A stretch of 64,000 nucleotides of DNA from Clostridium sp. (lineage in GTDB: Bacteria > Bacillota > Clostridia > Oscillospirales > Acutalibacteraceae). The DNA lies in the NCBI GenBank assembly GCA_047833665.1, contig CP181261.1, positions 2,170,889-2,234,888 of the forward strand. The letters run 5' to 3'. Below the pieces are notes generated by a model. The model made no database searches, was not told where the DNA came from, and saw nothing but the letters and a program-made list of their open reading frames with translations. Positions 37,884-47,011 of the stretch are shown here, one piece after another (position 1 is the first letter of the stretch; each line of letters begins with the position of its first letter). The position numbers were made by a program, and so were the translations under genes.

Positions 37884-38059
37884 CTTATAATTATACCAAA
37901 AAATTGTAAATTATGCTAGTAAGAAAGTCGACTTTTATCCTTTTTTAGCATAAACAGTCGAAAAAAAGGTTCCGCACTAGTGTCGCAGCGCGGGATCAAC
38001 ATTTAATTTCCAGCAGAATACTTATTTTACATCTTTCAATTTATTGTTTCACGACATCA

Positions 38060-38170
38060 AACTTCGCATTTTTCACATATTCAATGATTCAACAAAAAAT
38101 GGAGCAGCCTAGCGCCGCTCCATTTGGTATTTCCGTTTTGAGTAACCCTAACTATTGACATAGAACCCAT
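38060..38170 (+). mobile_element. ISL3 right-end fragment
   Basis: ...ttcacatattcaatgattcaacaaaaaatggagcagcctagcgccgctccatttggtatttccgttttgagtaaccctaactattgacatagaaccc aligns to 54838-54935. Confidence 0.8.
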
Positions 38171-38643
38171 TAATTTAAACATATAAAATCACCGTCGCCT
38201 TCACGGTTCCTTAAAAATTAAACACCACTAGAGTAAGCCTTGAAGTTTGAGGTAATGTGGTTACAACATCTGTCATTTTAAATTTCTTTTCAATAAAATG
38301 TATTTATCAAAACAGCAATATTACTGCACCTGTGCACCGATATGTATATATTGCCGTAATGACCCTTCTAAAATTAAAGCCATATAACTCTTGACTTGTG
38401 AAAGATGATTGTAGTATTATTCTTATAAATCAATTAGGCATCCTAATAATACTATATTTGTAATATAATGTCAATCAAAGATGTAGCAGCATTAAGATGC
38501 TTCATTTTTAGGATACCATAACTATTGATATATGATATAAAATCCTTTTTGCCTATTCGTGACGTCCCAATATTGTGAGTTGTCACAAAAAGCCCTACTA
38601 ACTTGTCTTTATGTGTAGAAGGCAAAATAAGGGAGGTTTTCTT

Positions 38644-38928
38644 ATGATTTAAAAAATTATTTACTTTACAGCGAGTACTCTAATTGTTTGTTCGGGCTTA
38701 TGTCTTGCTCTGGCCGCAAGCACACCCAAGCTGCTTAAAAGACCTTTGTCAATATATGCTAATTATGTGTACATAAATAGGACGCACAACACTTTAAATA
38801 TTTCCAATGGAACAGCTTATATCTTCGAATATGTGCAAAGGACAACTTATAAAACGGAAATTTATGTGAATAACAAATGCAACAAATCGGGTCTGTATAT
38901 ATCTACGGAGAATATAAACATGCATTAA
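38644..38928 (+). pseudogene. small secreted/lipoprotein-like gene with an in-frame TAA at codon 3
   Basis: GGGAGG RBS 7 nt upstream of the ATG at 38644. Reads ATG ATT TAA AAA ATT..., then continues in frame as KIIYFTASTLIVCSGLCLALAAS (signal-peptide-like) into ORF 38746..38928. Confidence 0.55.
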
Positions 38929-38953
38929 AATGAATTAATTAGGAGGTATTAAA

Positions 38954-39660
38954 ATGTCAAAGAAAAAATGGTAAGTTTAATTTTGACCTGCGCGCTATTT
39001 GTGACCATTTCTATTCCGGCATTTGCAGTGGACAATTCTGATCTGAAAACAAGTCATTCGACAACAGATAGTACTGGTTTTATGCAAGGGCAAGAAAATC
39101 TTGAATATTATCTCGCTGCATATAATGCCCTTTATAAAAGACCTACTTATTTGTATGATGCTGCATCTGTATCACAAGCTGACGTGAATACATACTATGC
39201 GGCGCTTCAAGGTATTAACGATGAAACCTTTGATGACTATTTTGAAAGTGTTAGATGGATAACAAGAGATGGTGTAGTATCGTTAAGTATCCAGCCGACA
39301 TATTTACTTACTGGTGCTGCTAATCCTAATGGAAATGTACTCATAGCAAGGGCATTTCACGCTTTTTCATGATTGGAAGATCGGTTCTCAAGTGACTATA
39401 AGTAGGATCATACTGATTCTATGGCGGCACAATTCCATTGTCATGTCTTACTGGCGGGAGATTTCAAGACTCCTTGGAAAATCGAACCTTTTAGGACAGA
39501 ATCCAATTTAATGAAAGTTATGGCCGCAAAATGCAATCCCGGTGGTGGAAGCGTGGATGAATTTCTGTATCTTCTGCCTATATATTATTGTACTAAATCG
39601 GCTGTTGCACAGTTGTCACTTTGCAACAGCTTTCATGTGCAGAGGAAGTGGTTAATTTGA
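38954..39660 (+). pseudogene. secreted protein gene with an A6-tract frameshift and two in-frame stops
   Basis: AGGAGG RBS, then the ATG at 38954 gives MSKKKW*. A +1 A in the A6 run (38963-38968) would give MSKKKMVSLILTCALFVTISIPAFA, a canonical signal peptide. ORFs 38968..39372 and 39421..39660 share one frame and are separated by a TGA and a TAG. Confidence 0.6.
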
Positions 39661-40415
39661 AAATTAATAGGTATATAACACTAATATGTACAGTCATAAT
39701 ATGTAGCTTTTCTTTTATATCCTGTAGTGCAAAAACTCAGGACGTAACAGAAAAAACAGAATCCAATACATTTATTTCAATCGATAATATAGATTTTTTT
39801 GATACAGCAAAAGATGTATATGTATACTTTGGCAGACCAACATGTCCGGATTGTCAGAAATTTGAGTCAGGACTCAAGCAAGTTATGAATGAGACTGATA
39901 TTCCTGTTTACTATTTTAACACGTTGTATTGGAAAGACCATAAAAGGTATAATGAAATCTTAAAAAAATACCATATTACGGCGGTTCCTTCACTCGTAAA
40001 TATTCAATCAGGTAACCATTATATAACTTTGGATTTGGAACATTACAGTAATTCGGATAATAGTCAAAAAGAAATTAAGGATTTTCTTAGTAATTCAAAC
40101 ACTGCTTCAAACAATAATTTATTTGATACAATTATTTATTATTGTACGGCCTTTTTATGTTTTAACTTAATCTTGATTATTATTCGCAGGATAAAATTGA
40201 AAACTGTAGATATACCCATTATGCTAATGAACTCCGCTTTTATATTATTTACTTCTTTGTTAAGTATCTGGCAAGAAGGAATCTATTTGGATCAATATAA
40301 TTTGTCTGGGAACGGCTATTCCACCGTCTTGGTTTTGGTTAACATAGCACTTTTCGTGGTTATAGTGATTCTTTCTCTGCTGCACAATTATAAGTTCCCA
40401 AAGGATACATGTTGA
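39657..40415 (+). CDS. thioredoxin-fold lipoprotein with a C-terminal multi-TM region
   Basis: Lipobox FISCS and the CxxC motif in VYFGRPTCPDCQKFE. The C-terminal half is hydrophobic. A TTG start at 39657 with an AGAGGAAG RBS is preferred; the ORF track starts at 39621. Confidence 0.65.
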   Translation: MKINRYITLICTVIICSFSFISCSAKTQDVTEKTESNTFISIDNIDFFDTAKDVYVYFGRPTCPDCQKFESGLKQVMNETDIPVYYFNTLYWKDHKRYNEILKKYHITAVPSLVNIQSGNHYITLDLEHYSNSDNSQKEIKDFLSNSNTASNNNLFDTIIYYCTAFLCFNLILIIIRRIKLKTVDIPIMLMNSAFILFTSLLSIWQEGIYLDQYNLSGNGYSTVLVLVNIALFVVIVILSLLHNYKFPKDTC

Positions 40416-40498
40416 GGCTGGACCAGTTGCAAAATGAATAAAAATTTAAAATTCCGGTGCAAATTCAGCTCTGCAACACCTCCAGTGACAAATGCCTC

Positions 40499-40680
40499 TC
40501 ACTCCCCCATCTTCTTCTCCGGATTCAAATAAGGCAGAGGGTCAACAGCCTCACTATTGACTCGAATCTCAAAATGACAGTGAGATCCGGTGCTGTCGCC
40601 GTGTTGCCTACCAGTGCGATAACATCTCCCTTTTCCACTTCATCCCCTTCGGAGACAAGCAGCTGACTGCAGTGAGCGTA
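40499..40680 (-). pseudogene. 3' fragment of an M23 peptidase gene with a 1-nt deletion
   Basis: The reverse strand reads YAHCSQLLVSEGDEVEKGDVIALVGNT, then shifts frame. Restoring one G gives GDSTGSHCHFEIRVNSEAVDPLPYLNPEKKMGE*. Confidence 0.6.
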
Positions 40681-40791
40681 AAAGGTATACAATTTCCAGA
40701 ACCTAAGCTTTTCCTAATATCCCGGCAAAATCGGGAGTTTTCATGTGATAATAAAATATCGTATAAACAACCGATAAATTCAGTGTTGATA

Positions 40792-41526
40792 AGGACCTGC
40801 GGACATTTTATTGGACGATATGGCTAATCCCATTTTGATTCTATATTCTGCTGGACTTAAATCTCCAAGAGATATTTTGATTCTCGGATCCCGATACCAT
40901 ACCATGTAAGCTTCAATCTGCTGCATAAAATCCTCTACTGTGTTCCCTTGCCAAGAACGATCATGCCGATTAAGCATACGATTCACCAATTGTGCGTATG
41001 GTTTACAGCTAATGTTCCATGCTACCGGCATACCATCATAGCAGTTAATAACGGGAGACAGATATAATCCTCTAAAGATGCAGCTTTTCCTTCTCTCTGT
41101 TTCCCTCTATTTCGCTCATTGGATAAATTCATTAACGCTGCAGCACCTTTCTGGATGTATTTACGCCGCCGGTTATATATACTTGCTGTGCTATATCCCA
41201 CTTCATTTGTTACTGATTGCACATCTTCTTCCAACTCAAAGCAACGGTGTAAAATCTCAAGCTTTCATTCTATAGGTGGATGGCAAGGGTGCTCCGGTTT
41301 ATGATATCCACAAAAGGTGCTGCGGTCTTTCGGCAAGGTTCGTTTTCGATTGATCCGGTTGTATAGCGTTTGCCTGCGTGCCGGATATCCCCAAATCGTT
41401 ATTGTTTTTGTTACCGATCTCGTTTCTTCATAAACCTCCGGGGCTTTGCGATATTCTTCTCTGAATACATCCTCTATCTCCTTTCTGAGTGTATTCAGTC
41501 CAACTTTTTGTCCGCACGCCCCTAGG
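40792..41526 (-). pseudogene. internally deleted IS3-family element (relic of the type at 50932..53485)
   Basis: Both termini are present (ctgcggacattttattggac at ~40796; gtccaactttttgtccgcac at ~41499). ORFs 41022..41234 and 40780..41031 match the N- and C-terminal parts of the 461-aa transposase, with the catalytic core missing. Confidence 0.8.
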
Positions 41527-41527
41527 T

Positions 41528-41695
41528 TCTTATTTCCACGCCTACAACGCCTACCAAAACGCCTACTTCAAATTGCTTTTTGATTCCGATTTGTTCCGCT
41601 ACATTCCAAATCAATATACGGCAAAACCCGCATGAACACTGGATTTTTCAGTATTCATGCGGGTTTTAAATATGGTGGAGATGACGAGAATCGAA
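41528..41695 (-). repeat. second copy of the ssrA downstream flank plus the last 23 nt of ssrA
   Basis: 41528-41672 matches 53503-53553 + 54937-55042. 41673-41695 (tggtggagatgacgagaatcgaa) equals the 3' end of the tmRNA at 55043-55065. The copy includes the terminator hairpin aaacccgcatgaa..ttcatgcgggttt. Confidence 0.85.
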
Positions 41696-41782
41696 ACATC
41701 TCTTGGAGGATTGAGTCCGGCAAAATATAGAATTTAAAATAGGATTAGCCATATAGCCCAATAAAATGTTCGCAGGCCTCTA
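41696..41782 (+). mobile_element. IS3-family right-end fragment (~87 bp) abutting the truncated ssrA copy
   Basis: atctcttggaggattgagtcc...ccaataaaatgttcgcaggcctc aligns to 53402-53484. Confidence 0.75.
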
Positions 41783-41859
41783 TCCACAAACATTACGGAG
41801 TTCCAAAGGAAATAAAAATTGTGGACATGTTTATACAGTTGCCCTATTGAAAACAATCA

Positions 41860-41889
41860 GCTGCAGTTATCGAAACCGATAACTGCAGC
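41860..41889 (-). terminator. terminator hairpin downstream of the amylase gene
   Basis: 13-bp perfect stem gctgcagttatcg / cgataactgcagc with a 4-nt loop. A T-rich tract follows on the minus strand. Confidence 0.6.
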
Positions 41890-41951
41890 CTGAGTAGCTC
41901 GGGCTATCTGTCATATTGAAACCAGAACACATACACTTCTTTAATTACACG

Positions 41952-43835
41952 TTAAAAATTAGGATATATATCGATGGTTTGACCCCCTGTCACCACATAA
42001 TTTTCTCCACTTGACCACGTGGTATCATTGATAAGAGGTTTGAATTCAATAGTATCTCCGAATGGAATCCGTTCAATTTCATAAACCCAAGTATCTGAAT
42101 TTACATTGTACATTTTCCTTCCACTATCCCACCAAAGCGGATAACTGGACCCCCGGAGATACATATCATTTCCATATCCGGTATCATAGTGAACACGGAT
42201 TGTAGTAACTGTTCTTTCCGGAGGCGTGTACGGTGCGGGACTATCCGCAGTGAAAACGTAGGCGGTTTTCGCGGGAAGAGAAACACAAATCTGCTTGCCA
42301 GTTACTCCACCGGAAACAATAGTTGCTTTGACAGATGTGTCTAATAAATTAGTCAGTTCAGTTCCAACGGAGAGTGAACTTTCCGCACGAATTGGGATAT
42401 TTCTACTTTCATTGCTAGTCGCGTTATTAATGACCGTTATGATTTCTTGTCCAGTAGAATCGTCACGTCGAGAGTAAGCGTAAATATTGGACTCATACCA
42501 CATTTCGCGCTGCGTTCCTGTTCTCAGGCATGTATAATTATTACGAAGTTGAGCAAGTCTTTGGATGTATTGATACATATTGCCATCTTCTGAAAAACTG
42601 GGCATAACCTCACGATTTTCTTTATTTGCGATTCCAGCCCATTCCGTTGGCTTTCCGCCGCCATAGCAATTTTGTTCTGTACCATAATAAATATCCGGTA
42701 TGCCACGAACAGTAAACAGAAACGTTAATGCCAACCGCATTTTCTGAAAATTGTCATCAGCTAAGCAAAGAAAACGATCTCGATCATGATTATCGATAAA
42801 CGTAATGAGTCGGTTGGGATCTTTATATTTACTATCCTGATCGAATATTTCTTTTACAGTTGAAAAGTCCGCATCATGCGCAAAAACTTCTCGTGCCTGG
42901 AAAAACAAAGGAAAGTCCAAAACGCCCCATTCGTAGTTTTGGAAATCACTTACATAGTCTACATCCCCAACAAATATTTCTCCGAAAGTTGGAACTCCCA
43001 AATATTCTTCGAATTCAGCAAGAAAATCTTTTGGAATAGAACGTGCAGCATCCACCCGAACACCATCTGCGCCAGTGTCCTGAACCCACGTTTTATAGGC
43101 ATTTTTAATTGCTTCACGTGCATCTGCGTTATCTTGATTTAAATCATCCAGTCCGCCTAAATCATTGTTCAATACCTGAAACGGATCATTCCAATCCGTG
43201 ATATCACCATAATGATGGTACCAAGCCGGATTATTGAAAGGAGCCGCAGGTTGATAATCGTCTGAACTGTAAGAGGTTGCACCTTCAGCCAAATAATCTG
43301 CTGTGTGATTTGGAACAGCATCCAATATCACTTTAAGGCCCTTGGAGTGTGCGGTTTGCACAAGACGAATCAGATCCTCTTTGGTGCCAAAATGCGGGTC
43401 CGCTTTATTATAATCATGTGTAAAATATCCGTGGTACCCTGATTCACTTTTGTCACGGCTCAATGGTTCATTTTCAGACACCGGAGAAATCCAAATGGCT
43501 GTCACACCTAAATTTTTAATATAATCCAATTTTTCGGTTAATCCTTTCCAATCTCCACCCTGATTAAATTTTAGGTTGCCGGGTCTGTATTCCACGTTCA
43601 ACGTTCCGTTGTTGGAAGAATCACCGTCATAAAATCGGTCAGTCAAAACCATATAAATAATATCATTTTCGTTAAGAACTGAACTACTCTGAACATATTG
43701 TGATATATCACTTGTGGAATCGGCGTGCTTTTCAGAAATTGCCTGAGCGTATGTAGATGACGAGATGAGCAGTGAAAAAGCCAATACCACGGAAAGACCG
43801 ATATGTACGATTTTACGCTTCAATACCTTTTCCAA
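41952..43835 (-). CDS. secreted GH13 alpha-amylase with a C-terminal beta-sandwich (starch-binding-like) extension
   Basis: Signal peptide. GH13 regions DAVPNH, GADGVRVDAA, FGEIF and FIDNHD. About 130 additional C-terminal residues. Confidence 0.85.
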   Translation of the reverse strand: MEKVLKRKIVHIGLSVVLAFSLLISSSTYAQAISEKHADSTSDISQYVQSSSVLNENDIIYMVLTDRFYDGDSSNNGTLNVEYRPGNLKFNQGGDWKGLTEKLDYIKNLGVTAIWISPVSENEPLSRDKSESGYHGYFTHDYNKADPHFGTKEDLIRLVQTAHSKGLKVILDAVPNHTADYLAEGATSYSSDDYQPAAPFNNPAWYHHYGDITDWNDPFQVLNNDLGGLDDLNQDNADAREAIKNAYKTWVQDTGADGVRVDAARSIPKDFLAEFEEYLGVPTFGEIFVGDVDYVSDFQNYEWGVLDFPLFFQAREVFAHDADFSTVKEIFDQDSKYKDPNRLITFIDNHDRDRFLCLADDNFQKMRLALTFLFTVRGIPDIYYGTEQNCYGGGKPTEWAGIANKENREVMPSFSEDGNMYQYIQRLAQLRNNYTCLRTGTQREMWYESNIYAYSRRDDSTGQEIITVINNATSNESRNIPIRAESSLSVGTELTNLLDTSVKATIVSGGVTGKQICVSLPAKTAYVFTADSPAPYTPPERTVTTIRVHYDTGYGNDMYLRGSSYPLWWDSGRKMYNVNSDTWVYEIERIPFGDTIEFKPLINDTTWSSGENYVVTGGQTIDIYPNF

Positions 43836-43875
43836 GTTTTATCTCCTTCCTCAAAAAGGAGTCCACAACAATAGG

Positions 43876-44715
43876 CTATCCCTTTAAACCGCCCGCTTGC
43901 AATCCTTTCACAAAATATTTTTGAAAGCAGATAAATATGATTAATACAGGAATAAGGCTTGCAACAGACATCGCAAATACATAACCCCATTGTGTGAACT
44001 GGTGTTCACCAAAAAATCCCGCAATGGCAATTGGAAGTGTACGTTTCTCGTTGTCATTTATGACAGTCAAAGCCCAAGGATACTCCTCCCATGCAGTTAG
44101 AAAATTAAAAATACTAACAGACGCAATTGCTGGACCTGACAGTGGTACGGCAATTGTACGAAATACAGTAAATACGTTTCCACCGTCGATATAAACCGCT
44201 TCATCAAAATCACGGGGAATATTTTCTATAAAACCTTTAATCATAAATGTGGAAAAGGGAATTACCCAAGCTACATAGAAAGGAATTAATCCCAGAAGTT
44301 TATTTGTAATATGAAGAAAAGACGCAAGTTCAAATTGTGGAACAATTAAGGTTGTTCCGGGAATAATCATTGTCCCAATGACCAATCCAAACAACAATTT
44401 TCTTCCCGGAAAACGGAACCGAGCAATACAAAAAGCCAAAGCTGTTGATATAACTGCCGCCAATATGACCGTAGCAAGGGATACAACAACACTATTGATA
44501 AAATTGATATAAAATTTTTGCTGCTTAAAAATATAAATATAATTCTCAGTTGTAATATTATTTCTGTTTGGAAAGAAATGAGGTGGATATTCATAAAGTG
44601 CACCGTTGGGTTTTAAAGACGTGCTGATCATGTAGATCATAGGCAGCACCGAGATAGCTCCCCCTAAAGTTAAAACTATGTAGATTAAGATTTGACTCAT
44701 TCTATTTCGTTTCAT
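43876..44715 (-). CDS. carbohydrate ABC transporter permease (MalG-like)
   Basis: 279 aa, 6 TM helices, binding-protein-dependent transport inner-membrane component. Confidence 0.8.
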   Translation of the reverse strand: MKRNRMSQILIYIVLTLGGAISVLPMIYMISTSLKPNGALYEYPPHFFPNRNNITTENYIYIFKQQKFYINFINSVVVSLATVILAAVISTALAFCIARFRFPGRKLLFGLVIGTMIIPGTTLIVPQFELASFLHITNKLLGLIPFYVAWVIPFSTFMIKGFIENIPRDFDEAVYIDGGNVFTVFRTIAVPLSGPAIASVSIFNFLTAWEEYPWALTVINDNEKRTLPIAIAGFFGEHQFTQWGYVFAMSVASLIPVLIIFICFQKYFVKGLQAGGLKG

Positions 44716-44724
44716 ACTTATGTA

Positions 44725-45615
44725 TTAGTCCCCTTCATTTTGACTTTTCATGATCTTGAACTGCAAAGCTGCAAGAAAGATCAGTACTATTGCGACAATA
44801 AAGGAAAGAGCGGCAGCATAACTGAATTTACCTTCGTTAAATGCTTTATAATACATCCATGTCAAAACGGTTTCTGTTCGGTGCATTGGTTTGCCGTCTG
44901 TAATCATCTTGATAGAAGTAAATACATTAAATCCTCCGATTGTCAGCATCACTAAGGCAAACAAAATTGTACTTCTTATAGAGGGCAACGTAATATAGAA
45001 AAACTTCTGCACAGATCCACAGCCATCTATTGACGCGGATTCATAAAGGGCTTTGGGCACATTCTGCAGTGCTGCAAGGAAAACAACCATATTCCATCCA
45101 ACACCTTTCCAGATTCCTAACAACATTGCGACGGTCAGGCCGCCCCAGCGACTGTCAAGCCAAGCGATGTTGCCCCCTGTAAGATGAAGCACCTGACAAA
45201 GAAAGTAATTCAACAGGCCTTCTGTATTGAAGATATATTTGAATACCAAGGATACAATAACCCAAGATGTAATAACGGGAAGATAGTAAATCACCCGAAA
45301 GCCAACCTGAAGATGCAAAAGTTCATTAATTAGGACGGCAACCAGGAGACCAATTGCCATTTGAGCCGGTACCGTTACCAAAGTGTATAATAGTGTGTTT
45401 TCAAAAGAAACCCAGAATGTATGGTCGGATAAAACCATCTGATAACTTTTAAAGCCAGTAAACACATTCTGCACAGCAGAACCATAACCACTTTGAACAA
45501 AACTCATGTAAAGTAGTTTTACAATCGGATAAATGGTAAATACCACGAACATAAAAATCCCGGGCAATAAAAGCAAAAAAATCTGCAATTTATTTTTGAG
45601 TGATTTTGCCTCCAT
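44725..45615 (-). CDS. carbohydrate ABC transporter permease (MalF-like)
   Basis: 296 aa, 6 TM helices. Confidence 0.8.
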   Translation of the reverse strand: MEAKSLKNKLQIFLLLLPGIFMFVVFTIYPIVKLLYMSFVQSGYGSAVQNVFTGFKSYQMVLSDHTFWVSFENTLLYTLVTVPAQMAIGLLVAVLINELLHLQVGFRVIYYLPVITSWVIVSLVFKYIFNTEGLLNYFLCQVLHLTGGNIAWLDSRWGGLTVAMLLGIWKGVGWNMVVFLAALQNVPKALYESASIDGCGSVQKFFYITLPSIRSTILFALVMLTIGGFNVFTSIKMITDGKPMHRTETVLTWMYYKAFNEGKFSYAAALSFIVAIVLIFLAALQFKIMKSQNEGD

Positions 45616-45688
45616 GGTGCCATCCTTTCCCTATATGGTTTGCATGTTTCATTCTTCCTGTTGACGGAACCTCTATGATTGATTTATA

Positions 45689-47011
45689 CTATTGAAGTAA
45701 TTCATCCACTTTCGCTGCAAGTGTATCCAGTGTTTTTTGTGCATCCGCTCCCTCTTTCACAATCGCGGTTACAGCGGTCGTAAGGAGATTGTCAATTTCG
45801 GTCCATGTTGCTACTGGAGGACGGGCTTTAGCATTTTTTATAGCATCTAAAAACGGAGCAAAAGAAGCTTCCTGAATCACTTCACTGTCTAAAGCCGCTT
45901 TATTGACAGGGATAAGTCCGCATTTGGCCATTTCTTCTTGGGCGAATTTGCTCGTCATAAACTTCATAAATTTCCAGGCCCCTTCTTTGTTAGCGGAAGA
46001 AAACATCCCGATATCTTCACCGCCCAAAACAGAATGAGAGCCACCTGATCCGGTTGGTACATCTGCCATGCCGTAAGAAAAGTCCGGATAAGCGCCTTTT
46101 AACTCCGCAATTTTCCACGGACCTTCTAAAAGCATTGCGTAGCGTCCGGTACCGAATCCATCCGTCATGGGAATATCTCCGCTGTTGAAACCGGTCATAG
46201 CATCAGATTGATAAAGGTCTGCAAGCATCTGTATTGCCTGAACAGTCTTGGGCCCATTTAAATACCCGGAAGCTTTTGTATAATCTTCATTGGTGATGTC
46301 ACCACCCATACTCCAAATGTATGGAAGTACATTCCATCCTGACAGTGCAGGTTCTGTGCAGCCCCATATTTGCTGACCATTGCTGTTTATCCCGGAAAGC
46401 TTTTTGGCTGCTGCAACGAATTCCTCCATCGTTGTTGGAACGGACACACCTGTTTTCTGCAGCATTTCTTTGTTGTAAAACAGAATTTTTGTGTTTGTAT
46501 TGAGTGCAAGTGCGTAATAATCCCCTCCAATTTTAGAGGTACCCATAGCATTTTCCAATAGGCTACCGGAAACTTGGTCAAAGTCGCTCATTTCTTTGTT
46601 TAGCGGAACAAGAATACCAAGCTTTTGAAATTCCGGTACCCAAGCAATGTCAAGCCGTGCGACATCCGGTAATGTGTTAGCACTGGAACTTACTAAAATT
46701 TTATCGTGGAGTTTTGCCCATTCATAAGATGTCGCATTAATTTTATAACCCGGATTTTCTTTTTCGAATTCTGGGATCAAAATTTTCGTTAGAGTTTCAT
46801 TTTCCGGAGATTGTGCACTGTAATGATGCCAAAAGTTTAGTGTAATGGTTTCTTTTGGTGCATTGCTTTGGGATGTGTCATTTCCTTCTTGCTGATTTCC
46901 GGCAGATGAACTATTTTCTGGTATTTGTCCTGAACAAGCGGTCAGTGCTGTCAACATTGTGGCCGCTGAAAGGACAAATGCCAGAATTTTTTTTCTAGTA
47001 AAAGATTTCAT
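45689..47011 (-). CDS. extracellular sugar (maltodextrin-type) binding lipoprotein
   Basis: Lipobox LTACSG. Family-1 SBP-like, 440 aa. Confidence 0.8.
   Translation of the reverse strand: MKSFTRKKILAFVLSAATMLTALTACSGQIPENSSSAGNQQEGNDTSQSNAPKETITLNFWHHYSAQSPENETLTKILIPEFEKENPGYKINATSYEWAKLHDKILVSSSANTLPDVARLDIAWVPEFQKLGILVPLNKEMSDFDQVSGSLLENAMGTSKIGGDYYALALNTNTKILFYNKEMLQKTGVSVPTTMEEFVAAAKKLSGINSNGQQIWGCTEPALSGWNVLPYIWSMGGDITNEDYTKASGYLNGPKTVQAIQMLADLYQSDAMTGFNSGDIPMTDGFGTGRYAMLLEGPWKIAELKGAYPDFSYGMADVPTGSGGSHSVLGGEDIGMFSSANKEGAWKFMKFMTSKFAQEEMAKCGLIPVNKAALDSEVIQEASFAPFLDAIKNAKARPPVATWTEIDNLLTTAVTAIVKEGADAQKTLDTLAAKVDELLQ

Noticed and set aside
39370-39372. In-frame TGA (plus the TAG at 39400-39402 and the TAA at 38650) as evidence of stop-codon reassignment
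   Set aside because: All three stop codons terminate well-supported genes elsewhere in the window, including the ATGA overlaps in two operons. These are therefore inactivating mutations and not an alternative genetic code.
40457-40666. 69-aa plus-strand ORF
   Set aside because: It is antisense to the recognisable M23 peptidase C-terminal fragment (..GDVIALVGNT..HCHFEIRV..). The fragment explains the open frame.
41673-41695. The 23-nt ssrA 3' copy as the attR of an integrase-mediated genomic island
   Set aside because: No tyrosine or serine integrase lies anywhere between the two copies. In addition, ~145 bp of the flank outside the tRNA-like end is duplicated too, which simple att-site recombination would not produce. 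IS3-mediated rearrangement is the better reading; the locus is kept as a finding under that interpretation.
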